A stretch of 47,056 nt of DNA from Catajapyx aquilonaris. Taxonomy: Eukaryota. Where the stretch lies: NCBI GenBank assembly GCA_000934665.2, contig JYFJ02003035.1, positions 1 through 47,056 on the forward strand, read 5' to 3'. Below the pieces are notes generated by a model that did no database searches, was not told the DNA's origin, and worked only from the letters and a program-made list of their open reading frames with translations. A program made the position numbers and the translations under genes. Positions within the stretch are counted from its first letter, which is position 1, and each line of letters starts with the position of its first letter. This document shows positions 35,061 to 47,056 of the stretch, piece after piece.

Positions 35061-38000
35061 CTGCAAAGAGAAGGAGAATAAACGGGGCTTAGACAAGTTT
35101 ATGCAACTGTATATGGTTGGTACATGGTCGGGTTACAAGAGGGTTGCGCAATTTCGCAGCCTTATTACATTCTGGAGGCAGAGTCTTGTATGTTCAAATG
35201 TGTCACAATGTAAAAATTGTGGCCGATTTTAACATTTCGCACATTTCAACAAATTCGTGTCCATTGCAGAATTAATGGCATTTGCAACACCTGCCAGGTG
35301 CTTGATTAGTCAGATATAGCGACACACTTATTCAGGCAAAAACCACAGAGAGAGAAAAAAACATAACCAGTTCCCTAGAAACGGCTCAAAATTGTAATCC
35401 ATAGTTCTCTCGCTTGTCTAGCACTATAAAGTGCAGGCGAGCTTCCCTCTAATGATAAATTTAGCCGTCGCATTAATATTCATCGTTGGAGGGAAAGATG
35501 CTCGCCACCAAAAGACATTACTATGCAGGAGGTACTGGGAGATGGCTAAACTAAGTGGTAAAATAGCACGCTGGAAGTGCATCCTTTTCGGCACATACCA
35601 TTTATTTTTCAGCGTGGAGCTTAAGTGGTTAATTTAGGAGCCGGAGAAATGTTGCCCAGCACTTGCAATAACTCCGGGGCGTAGTTTTCCATCCTCCTGT
35701 ATATATACCCCGGGTTCTTCCTCTCTTCAAAACTCTGGAGACAATATGACAGCGCGTGTATAAATGAAGCGACCTCATTGCTTAGGAAATTTCGACTACC
35801 TCAAAGACATTTCAGCAAGTATTGTTCCCTCGCCCACTTAATTGCCGACCCGGACACAAAAGGGACTGGAAGCCATTCAAAGGCTTGTCTCTTCCTCGCT
35901 TTCTTCTGATTTTCTTTCTCCCTCCATCACCTCCCTCTACCTTCCTCGCAGACACACAAAAAAAAGAAACACGTATTGTCTCGGGAAGAGCGCAACCGGC
36001 TAGAGTAATGGCACATCTTTCACCCTTATGAGTAATTGAAACCGGGGCCATTCCGCTGCCATTCCGACCTGACGTATCATTTATCGATGGTCATCTTGGA
36101 TCTAGCTGGCCGCTGCTCACGTCCACTGCCATCACCCAACCCTAAAAAAATTTACTGAGCATGGGGGGCACGTCATATAGTCTGACATTTATCGACCCAT
36201 GTAAATCACGGCGCTGCTGGCATGTTGGCGAATTAATGCCATTACGATCCATCACGAATTTTACGACATACACACCCCTCTTTCGATGAAAAACACCAAA
36301 AGAGTTCATTCAATCGGGGTGGTCCGGCGTTATTTTTCATGGCATCGCCGGACCGGTTGAGATGCGGGGGGAAAAAATGATAAAAATGCGGGGCTGGTAA
36401 TAAAAGCATTAGTGACCTGGAAGGGGGCAAGTCTGGCACAGGAGAAAAGACCGGTAGGCTGTAAGTCAGGAGCAAACCCCTAACACCGTCTCAGGGACCA
36501 TTCCAAGTGACATTATTACCCGGGGGCGTAACAAAGCTCCCAACCGTATAACCGGAGGCCGGTAGTTGTAATTGCCGTGGAGGAGCAACATGCCCCTCGT
36601 TTTTTGTGTAAAAAAACCTGGTTCTCTCGTAGCACTCCTAAAATCAGCGGAAGAATTTAGCTCGTTACAACACTTGTACAACATACCCTTAATCGTTAGC
36701 AAAAGTACTTGCCGGGCTGCCTTTGCGACACTTGAAGCTGTAAAAGAAGGTGGCTTTCCTTTTTGACCTCAGCCAGGCCCCCATTTTGTGGGAAAACTGG
36801 GTCCGCATTCTCAGGCCGAAACAATCTGCACTGCGCCTTAAGGACCTCTGCATGCACACGTCGCAACGAATCAATGCTCAACGAATTCCACAAAAACCAC
36901 TCCCAGACCCATCCCTCCCTCGTCCCCCCTCTCCGCTTCTTAATAAAGGGGGCGTAATGAATAGGGGCACTATCGCACGGGAACTCCGCAAAAACCCAGC
37001 CCATTTATAAGATGGCCTGGCAACCAACGCTGTTTTTATCACAGGTCTCGTATAATAATGTACGGCATATGCTCCGTTTGGAAAAAAATAAAAATAAAGT
37101 AGGCTATGACTTGTTCGACCCAGAAATCAGGCAATTATTTCGAGAAGTGACTGTTGCCTGCAACCAATCGTTCGCAGATTATTTGAAGAATAATCGAAAC
37201 ACTTAGAGAAACTGCTACTGGTCCCTATAATATTTTTACAATCAGTGTCAGTGATCAACATTTGCTTGCTTCCAACTTGTTGTTTATCTGTAAATTTCTT
37301 GCTGGAATGAACAACACTGAACCACCCTGTAATACATGTGCGATGCACATGCAAGTATTAGGATGCGAAAAGGATGTGATCTTAAAAGAGCTGTTTAATT
37401 CCTAATTAACTGCAGCTATTCTTGAAAGACCACCGACAAAGGCGAAACTTTCGGTAATTAATTGCAGATGAATATGCAAGGAAACGCAGGGGCTGTTCTG
37501 CATATTGCTAAAGAATTCATGCTGGCGTTGCATCAGAGCTCTCTAGCTCTTATCATGCTTAGTGGCCGCGCCCCATAAGATTGCTGCGTGAGCTTGTGCT
37601 CTTATGCAAACCGTCAAGGAAAGTAGCTCAATTACTGCACTTGCGCGGCACACTAATATCCATTGCAATGCATTTTCCAGTGCAGCTGAGGCCGGACGGT
37701 GTTAACACTGCAGGAATAAGCGCCAGAATACGTTAACTTGTGGCTCGAATTTAACATCTGCGAAATGCAGGCCAACAATTTAGTGATGGTGCTTCTTTTT
37801 TGAAAAAAAAAGATGGTTGCTACTTATAGCGGAATGAAATTTAAAGTAGGCTTGTTAGCTTGATAGCTGGCAGATGGAAGTGACATGTTGGTATTTTTTT
37901 TGAATCGAGATTCCTTTCCGGGGCTGTGAATATGAGTTTGGCAGTATATGTGTAACTAGGAGGCAAAATATTCAGCAACGAGTGTTACAGCCAGGTTAAT

Positions 38001-40528
38001 GCCGTAATTAGCGAGCAATGAAGCGAGAATTCATATCGCAATTAAAAAGCGTTTTGGGAAATGTCCGTTGCAGTGAGGGGTGGGGGGGACTGATTCCGTC
38101 ATAATTTTTTTAGTGTCATGAATGCATACCGGCATGGGTCTACGAATTTTGCATACTGCGACGGGGGATTGTCATTCGGGTACGTATACACAACCGCAGA
38201 GTCACAATCTCTTCTTACTCATACCCTCAAAATCTGATTCTAAATACTTAATCGGCTGTAATCGAAGCAAAAATACTGGCATAACCTTCCTAAAATTTGA
38301 CTAATGGATATTAAAATCCGGATACTATTTTTTACAGCGACCACATCCACATTGAAACCGGACTCGATCATAACTGTTGGGGCTATTAGCTTTTACTTTG
38401 TTCCTGCGGCGGAGATAGTTCTAAGAACCCATCATCTAAAATTTTTTGATGACATAATACTGCCGGATGTTAATCCCCCTGCAGAGATTAATCGACCCAA
38501 ACTCATTAATCGATGTCGAATAAATGTCAAATGGAAAACTCACCACGTTTCAGGTTCACTTTAGGAGTGTAATAAAGGGACAAATAATGGGGCTCTCTAA
38601 TCAGGTTTTTATTCCTCATGTATAGAGAGAGTCAGAACAAAATGTCATTCGGAAGCCGAGAAAGGAGAAAATCAGGTCATGTTACCGTGTGTCTATGGGC
38701 AGGAAAATGTGTCTGTCAATTTCTCAACATTTTAGACCTTTTCTTGTCGGAAAAAGTCTTATAGAACTGCAGCTGTGTTCGTCCGCTCGTCCGTAGACAG
38801 GTATCATGGCTTTTAAACCTCAAGAGATAGCGACAAACGGTTTTTGGATTCGGATTAAGTGGACTCTAAATAGGTTCCAAGGTGGTGACCGGCCACTTCC
38901 GGTTTTCCGAGTTCACCCTATCCGCCTACCGTCAAGTCTACATGATTTACAAATTATTTTTCTTATGTTACTTGGCAACGGGAAATGAGACTGACAACAT
39001 TCTATGTCATTGTTGTCCGATTTGAATTTGAAAAAGAGTCGACTCGAATCACGGTTGCGTGATTTGTCAATCTTTGTTTTGATTTGCACTGTTGCTGGCG
39101 GCTAGATGACCTGTAGTTGTGACTCACCCTGTGTGGTGTGAGCATTTGATGGCCCAGGGCACAATCCTGTGGGGTTTCTGAGGCAAGGGAGGTCAAGGGG
39201 GGCACCTGCGCGGAAGAAACAGGCGGTTGATTTTCCGTCTCATTCATTCGGAATGGCCGAAAGGCAAGGACATTCTTCTCCTTTTGGAGCTCCATCTCCC
39301 TTGAAAAGGTTTCGCCCGGAATTGCCGATTCCGCACCTCAAACCCCCTTATTCGCGGATTTGCGCATCCCCGGATTGGCACAGGCCACCACCACCACCGC
39401 CACTCTACTACCCCTACCCCCTTCCAGCACTCAGCAGTAGCAGCAACCCGGCGGCATCCGGGCGGGAATTAACCCTCGCGTCCCCGGATTGATCCTTTCT
39501 CGCTCTCTCTCTGTGTATCCCTCCGACCATCCCGCAGCGATCATCTCGTTTGGGAAATATTTCCCACTACCCCAGTCGTTAAAGGGGTTAAACACGGTAA
39601 ATTAGCTCCTAACAGCAATTCCGGCTGCAATCACAATAACTTCATTTCCAATGAAATAATTTGTTTGTGGCAAAACCCGTGTTCCCGAACCGGATTCCAA
39701 TGGAAACCCCTCCCCCACGACCCAGCCAGCCCCTCCCATTGCACTATGCTATTGCACAACAATACACATGTACATTGGTGTAAACTAGTATTGAGAGCGG
39801 GTGCGTGTAATTGCACTTCATGCGTGTAGTTATGTGGAGTGCACTCTATGGTACATATCCTCACAAAGGGAGAGGGTCCCAGGAAAACGCGTTTATTATC
39901 CGGATGCAAAAATAGGGCCGCTGTTAAAAGACGATAATAGCATTATGTAAAATAAATAATAATTCCCATCGAAATTGTTGCAGCGCCAGCCCTCCAGGCT
40001 CCTCGGGTTTATTGCGAGTAGCTTTAATCGCTCAAGAGGTCACTCCATTTCGGAAATGAAGCAATTATATTTGTCCATTACATTAACAGATTAGATATAC
40101 ATGTTAATGAAATGTGGTGTTAACAGGTCCGATCCAATCATGCACTTCGCCTAACTGACGTGTGATGAGAGGATAAGAACCTTACGACTGCCGTGCCTGC
40201 TCATATCTAAATGAAATTCTCGGAAGGGCGAATTTGCTGGAAATATCGTTACGCCGCATCTTACCCTGCTCTATAGACTCTCTAGGTCTAAATATTGCCC
40301 CCTGGGCTTGACGACAAGTCCGGCCATGTCTCCTCAACTCCAGAGATTTCCTCCACAGCTCAGAGAGAGAGAGAGAGAGGAAACGAATACTGACATGTAA
40401 CAATGATATGAATTTAGTGTTGCGGCATTGCGCCTTCTGCTGCACTGTTCGCCGCATTACGACCTGCATGTACCGTAAATGTACAGTACGTGCATTAATA
40501 ATTATATTTTGTATTAAACATGTGGTCA

Positions 40529-40680
40529 TTATCCTGACTCTTCAGGGCAACCCTGCAGCCTTACCTACGCGACTGGAAGCCTGATATCAGGGGCCATTAT
40601 TTATTAAGTTCTTACCCCTTGATGTCAGGCTTCCCGTCGTGCAGGTAAGGCTGCAGGGTTGCCCCGAAGAGTCAGGATAA
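40529..40680. repeat. 152-nt fold-back element (MITE-like)
   Basis: Arms 40529-40593 and 40615-40680 differ by 5 substitutions and 1 indel; 21-nt AT-rich spacer. Confidence 0.9.
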
Positions 40681-43600
40681 CATGACTTAGCTGTAGCTCA
40701 TCAACAGTGAAAAGCATAGCAATCAGGGCTTGTACTGTCGGGATTGTCTGGTTGATGAAGTACACAATCATGTTACATACCTTCTACCGTTGAACTAAGG
40801 ACTTGGACAGCGCATCTTTCACATGGGGTCATTTACACTACAACTCCTTACATTATCTGCCACGGCAGGGAAAATATGTTCTACGTCAAACTAGAATGTT
40901 CACTTAGGAGCGACATTTTTGACAAACGCTGCCCGTCCATGCATACTGAGCCCGAGAGTGCACTAGCATATAGCCATGTCGCCACATGGATGCTGCAACT
41001 AATAAGGTAGGACCACTCACTTTCCTCCAGCTTATTGAAACCTGAGGCACGGCAAAAAGTGCGGCTTAACTTGCGAGCGACATCTTGCGATCGAACCAGA
41101 TGCAGGAAAGGAGGAGAATGCAGAAGGGAGGAGGTGGAGGCCGGGGGGACGGGGTTCTCTCCACATAATCTCCGAGTTACGAGCCCAGAATCAAGCTTCT
41201 TGCAGGCACCTCGCAAGAAAACGGAGAGGCCCCGTCAGTACAGACACACGACTGACACTTTATCCCCGCATTATGACATCCCCGAGACTCTCGACGTCTC
41301 AATTACCGGGGCAGAATGTAAAGGCTCCTTGTCTTCAGAAAAGACACGGTTAGAGCAACCAATAACCTTTTTGGATGGTTAATCCTTCCCCCCCCCTGCC
41401 TTACCTCCCCCTCCCCTACGTTTAATTACGAGCCGGAAGAGGAGCAATTATTTCCGTCACGAGACAACAATTTCATTTAACCGGCCGCAGAGCCCCAAGT
41501 TTGTAAATTTGCCCTGGGTCCCTGCCGGTGACGGCTAATAGCTGCCTATCCATTACTTGCATCAGCCGCGTGCTGCAGCGCGATGGAGCGTGCCGGCGCC
41601 TGCATTTGATGTCCCCATCTGTATGCAGTGACCTCTGGACCACAAACCGGACCCCGCTTTCATTGCAGAACCCTCCTCCCCTGGAGCAAGTAAGGACCAT
41701 TTGCGTGCTGCGGGGGGAGAGACTCGGCAATGCTGGACATGTACATATGACCCTGCGAGAGCCGCTGATTATGGCTTACATGTTGTTTGGAGTTGGCCTC
41801 TTTGTGGCGTCCGCAGGGAGTTGGATTGGCGTCCACAGAGAGTGGGGGCTCATTAGCGCCTCATTCCAGGGCCCTAACGTGTTGACAGATCGTCCCAATC
41901 AGGAAGGAGATGTGTTTGACAACAGGACCCAAAGTGTAAGGAACCAGAGGTCATGGCCCCGAGAGTATAGTAATGGACAAAAAGACACGCCCACAAGCGG
42001 CGGTCCCGAGTGTCAATATTTCACGCGCCTCGGAATGAACTCCTCTGAATAAATGACAGGCGAGTAAGTGGAGCCTGGCCAAGGTCTTTTGCACGTAAGG
42101 TCAACTCATTTCGTTTTGATGGCAGACGCCAACCACAAAATTGCCTCCGCGACGTTACACTCTTGCCCTACATTAATATGCAAGGTTAATTCTTTAGGTC
42201 GGATTCATGAGTCGCTGCGGACACGTCTGCTTTTACAGCCCCCTGACCTTTTTTTGTTGGAGAGCCCTCCTTCAGGCCTTCGGATTATGGTTGTTTTTAA
42301 ATCGAATTACTCCGGGTTACTATCGCTGTAGCACTACTTTATCTTTCGTTGTAATACTCCGAGAGGCGTTTTAATTTGCAAGCCGGTTTCAGTAGAAAAA
42401 CCTTCACTTCCTGTAAACTCAGGCAATTTCATCTCAAGCACGAAAACGTTGTCTAAACACTTATTGTAACGTTGTTAGTACACTGCAAATTACTCTTGTG
42501 AAGTTGTTGGAAATGCTGTTTGCACATTAATAGGGCTGGTCCAACTTGTTTACATACAACCCCAGTACACTGCACCCTATGATATTTACTTAACGCTTAA
42601 AGGCCTGCTTTGTCAAAAGCTGGCTTAAGTCAGACCTCCAATTAGGCCAATTCCCACGCGAATTCACCTGGATTTTATTACAGGCTACTAACCTCTGTTA
42701 TCTGCAGTGAGCCAAGCACCTTAATCGACATCAGCAAATATACCGTACATGTGTAATTCGGTAAAGGAATCATGCCTCTTGCCTCTATTATTGGTTTCAC
42801 TCTTTAACAAAAAAAAACCCTCCCGCATTTGTCCTCTCAATTAGCCGTCACGATGTCGATTGCCGTAAATTCTGTAGTACGAATTGGGGGGTGGGAGGGG
42901 GGGGGAGGTTGAGCAAATGGATGGCATCAATAAATTAACAGCCGATGCGATGGAATCGAGTCGCGCCGCCTCTCGTTTGCCTATCGTTTTATTTGTGGCA
43001 TCGATGCCATCCGCTCCGTGCTTTGTGATGTTCAAAAAACGAGACATCCCACACTGGCACACACACACTTTCCCCCAAAAGCCCTTACTAAAACCCCCAT
43101 CCTATCAGGGCCATGTCCGGGAATATAATAAACCCGCTGTAATTTTATGTCACGTTTTGTCGCGTTTGTGTACCTATCGTGCCGCACTCGCTGATTGATG
43201 GGATTCCTGAAGAGCTAGTGCTGGGCTATTGGTGACGTCACAACAAAGTTCGCTAATGGATCTCGGACACGTAAAGGTGCGGTGTGCGGCACACATATAA
43301 CCGGAGTTTGTTTTTTTTGGTTGTTGTAGAGTTTAGTACCCTGACCGAACTAAGGGCCGAGTACAAAAACTAATAAAGGGTTAATTGGGGTTGAAACTGT
43401 AATAGAACTGCATTAATTATCAGACATTAGTGACATATTCAAAAGCGACTTTGTGTCATACGGTGGTCAGACTGCTCACACATGCTCCGTTTATTAAAAA
43501 TCGAATGAGGGAGTGACCTCACTTTGTCCGGAAAAAGAGGGGGGATCATTAAAACGAGCGTTTTGGGCGCGTTATTTTTTGGGCGGCTCTGTTTGCTTTC

Positions 43601-46600
43601 GTTTCATCAAAGAGGACGCATATCATTACTCTGTGGCTCTGCGCTCATGTGACGGTACAAAAAACACAACATGTATAGCACGTATATATATAATGTACCG
43701 ATCTTTTCACTCAACACAATTTTAGTGTGACGGCGAAGTGGAGCAGATCCAAGCTTTTTCCATTAGGGGGTCATGGGACCAAAACGTGCGAGTGCCAGTT
43801 TCCATAAGTTTTCTTCCTCCGAGGGATAAGTTCGCAGGTAGAAGCAGCAGCCTTGACCCATCAACCCTCTTTTTTTTCCTGTACCCGTTTTTTTTCAGAC
43901 AGCCTTTTTGCAGGCCCAAAAACTGCTTCTCGCTCCATTGACCCATGCGGCTAGGAATGGGCAAAATGTGCAGGGGACACACTCCGGTGCAGCACAAGCT
44001 CCATTGCATCTGCCCTAGAGAAGTACATATACTCTTGCTGGGGAGGCTTGGACCAATCAGAAACAGAGCTAGGACCTACGCGTCGCGATCTGATTGGACG
44101 ATGGACGCGTTCATCAAACGTAATCACCAAGTTGGATCCTAGCAGCAGGCAATTCCCGAATTTTTTGGGGGGAGACAGGGATTTTGCTGCTGTAAAAGGT
44201 GATAAAAGTAACCCCCACAGCAGCAGGCGCATCTCAACTCGGACCAAAACCTAGCTTCACACTGTTAAACGAGACCCAATTTCGGCCAGATTACGGGGGA
44301 CGGAATCTGCTTGCTGGACCTTCACAGACATGCGCACTCAAAAAAATAGTAGTCGTTTTTTTTAAGTGTGTGTGTGTGAAGGTTGGCGGTGCTGCCGCCA
44401 CATACTCTGCGGCTTTTAAAATCACCCTGAAACTTACCCTGTAAAAGTTATTCTCCAATTTGTCCCGGTAGTTGACGGGGTTATTAACAAGGTTTAGGCC
44501 CCACTTGATGGTACTTACCGTCAACAGTGACCTATCGCTGCCTTGCATACTACTCTTCCCCATTAACTGCGTACTGAGCCAGGAAAAAGTAAGCGCATGG
44601 TAGCCGTGACAACGACAATGACGAGCTTTCATAAGCCGCTCGTTTTACAAGGTACATGTTACTCTTGATTTCCTCAACATGTCTGCAATATTTCAACTTC
44701 TATGTCAGCACATGTGGGCTTATGTTGCACGAACTATACTGAAGCAACCGCACATTATATTCTTCCACACCGGGGACTGCTCCCATGTACATGAACCTCG
44801 TTCTTACTTAGTTTGCATCAGTAATCCATCATCTCCATCCAACCGGGGAATTCAAACGCTGCTGCTTTTCTTTCCCTTCCCTCCCCCACCCACCCTCTGT
44901 ATACTCATCCTCCAGTAGCGGGGAAGGCCAACTTTGCCAACTTTGGCAGTTTCCCTTCCCCAAGAAACGGTTACTGCGGCATAGTTTTCCGGGCAAGGCA
45001 ACTCCGGGGGTCTACCCTCTTAGCAGAGGCAGTTTCCTGGAGAAACTATGCGATATGAATCCCTGGAATTTCCGTAATATATCCGCAAGATAATGCTGCC
45101 CAGTCCCCTTTTTTCCGCAACCTTCCCCCCAAATTTTCGTTCAAAAACACAGAAAAATCTTAATCGAGTGCCTTAATAATGTACTTCCCCAACACACATT
45201 ATTACAAATCTGAGGATCCCCCTTCCTATACCAGTATTTATTGCAAGAGCGCAAAGATCGATTCGCATGCGGAAAATCTACGCATGCAGTTGCTTGAACC
45301 TCGGGTTTCTATGCAACATATTAACCTCAGCGGTTCAGGCGACACGTGACCATAATGGGACTCGTTCCAACTGGATTAATAATGAAGGCTGGCTCCACTC
45401 TATACACGTATCCCAAAAGGTTCGACCCGACTTTAATATCGTTTCTCGGCGGGAAGCCAGTAATGGAAGAGGGATTTCTGATCCCTCGTCAAATCCGGAG
45501 GGCACAGAGAGGAGTAGAGTGAGTATATATCTAACTCCTTGCCTATTTAGCAACAGATTGGGCTTTTCCTCTCTCTTCACTGAAGGAGTCTGCAAGCTCG
45601 GTGTCAGTTTGCATGCAGGCACCGAAGCGTGCATTAGTGGAGCAAACCTGGGGCTCCGGATCGTATAATCCGGGATGAAGACAGGAGATCCCTCCTGCAC
45701 CTGCTCCTCCCGAAAACGACAGGCCTCAGTTGCACCCCCGTATTTTCCGGAATAGGGTCCGGAACCTACCCAGCAAAAAAAGGGGAAGGTTTTATAGCCA
45801 GCACCCGGAATCAATCCGGATGCAAGCTTGACCATTCGATTTCCGCTAGAGCAATAATCAACAAGTGGCTCGCCATATTAAGGGAAAGAGTTTAAAAAAA
45901 CGAATCAGTTAAATGCGCAATATATGACAAGGACGAGGCGATTTATTCCGAGGCGCAATTGACGGCGCATTTACTTGATGCCACGTAAACTGCTGGGTCT
46001 GATTCCAGAGGACTAGTTGCTAAGGCGGAGGGATCTAACTTCTCTCGCTTCCGCATTTGTCTGGAGGTTATCTCCAATCGGCCAACACGACGCCTAAGGT
46101 GCTCTCGACGACATTCCTGGTGCCAGTCTTCCCTGTGAAATAATTACTCACGTGTCAGGGGAGCCCCAGCAGAAGCTCATTTACTCAGACAGAGAGGCAC
46201 GTGCGTAGAATGAGACCCAACTCGACGCCTTCTCCTCCTATTCTCCAACCCAACCCCAGCCTGGGAACCGAAATGGTGTCACCGGAAACCCATGAACCGA
46301 CATAGGGCGTTACATTATATATGCGCCAGGTCTGAAGCCCAGTGATTAACGCAATTACACGTAACTGTGTACGTGCCCTTTTCGCTTAGAAGTCGCAAAA
46401 AAGAGGGGGAAGCGGTTTTGTTTCCTTGATAAGGTGTTTACGGATTGTGTTCTCGACCATTTTGTAGGTCACTCACGCTAGTGGGAAGTAAAGAATTGCT
46501 TGTAAACATACACGGAATTGTGGTTACAGGTCAAGACATATCACCTCCGAGGTCGTACTTTGAATGTTTGTAATTCCTCACACAATATGACTTGTGCATT

Positions 46601-47056
46601 TCAGGTCTCGCATTAAGCAGTGCACATGTGAGCTCTTAATTTTCAGTGCTACCGAACTGTTAGCTGATTTGTTAAAATTCCGTGACAAGCAGGTAAATAT
46701 TTCAAGCCTCCAACCATTTCGGGCCTTTCTGAAACAGGTGCACCACACCCCAATTCATTTCCCTCCTGGAAATTATGACCTGCCTAGTTGCAAATTCCAC
46801 CGAACGAGCAACAAATCAGCACTCCCGTGCAACAAAACGCGAGCCATATAAAACGCAATTTATCACACAAAAGCACCCAGGAGGAGTCACGTAAAGCCAT
46901 ATACCCCCACAACATAAGTGAGCATAACTAACGGTGAGGGAATTTTTTGTTCACTCCTTTTAGTCCGGTCGAGGAACCGAAACCCGTGCGTTTTTTGGAG
47001 GGGACCTTTTTTTTATGATCGCAGATCATTTTTGACATCCTAAGGATGAAATTTAG

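Noticed and set aside
43951..44632. Candidate dpr1 first exons (MRLLLWGLLLSPFTAA; strong donor near 44518)
   Set aside because: The first has no GT donor after the hydrophobic stretch; the second is open only in phase 0 whereas phase 1 is required.
14500..46851. Numerous 60-190 aa ORFs in the track (e.g. 20348-20926, 28263-28796, 41528-42052, 45335-45835)
   Set aside because: No recognisable domains, often non-ATG starts or low-complexity sequence; consistent with chance ORFs or antisense shadows of dpr1 exons.
1..47056. CRISPR array, rRNA/tRNA genes or prokaryotic operons
   Set aside because: No repeat-spacer array or operon structure; the only tRNA-like sequence is the SINE head.

Overview
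Eukaryotic (arthropod-like) genomic DNA carrying two spliced genes on the minus strand plus several transposon-derived elements. (1) An IQCH-like gene (IQ motif followed by the IQCH C-terminal region): 9 phase-consistent coding exons from ATG 10356 down to 3402 (about 948 codons), terminal exon unresolved. (2) A dpr1-like two-Ig-domain neuronal surface protein gene: 4 coding exons between 35060 and 14357, with the signal-peptide exon not found in the window. Mobile DNA is concentrated in the first 12.7 kb: an internally deleted Academ (AcademX-type) DNA transposon retaining the XPG/FEN1-like and Cys-rich C-terminus, with long inverted repeats and two short introns; a tRNA-derived V-domain SINE with a target-site duplication; a decayed DD41D/rosa-like Tc1/mariner; and a TA-flanked MITE. 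There are three fold-back palindromes (3260-3382, 11451-11519, 40529-40680) and homeodomain-type motif clusters around dpr1. I found no clearly new multi-gene system. The most unusual items are the Academ derivative, the palindrome beside the last clear IQCH donor, an IQCH intron bounded by a 10-bp direct repeat, and a dense TTTATG cluster just past the dpr1 stop codon. All family assignments come from motif recognition, not from database searches.
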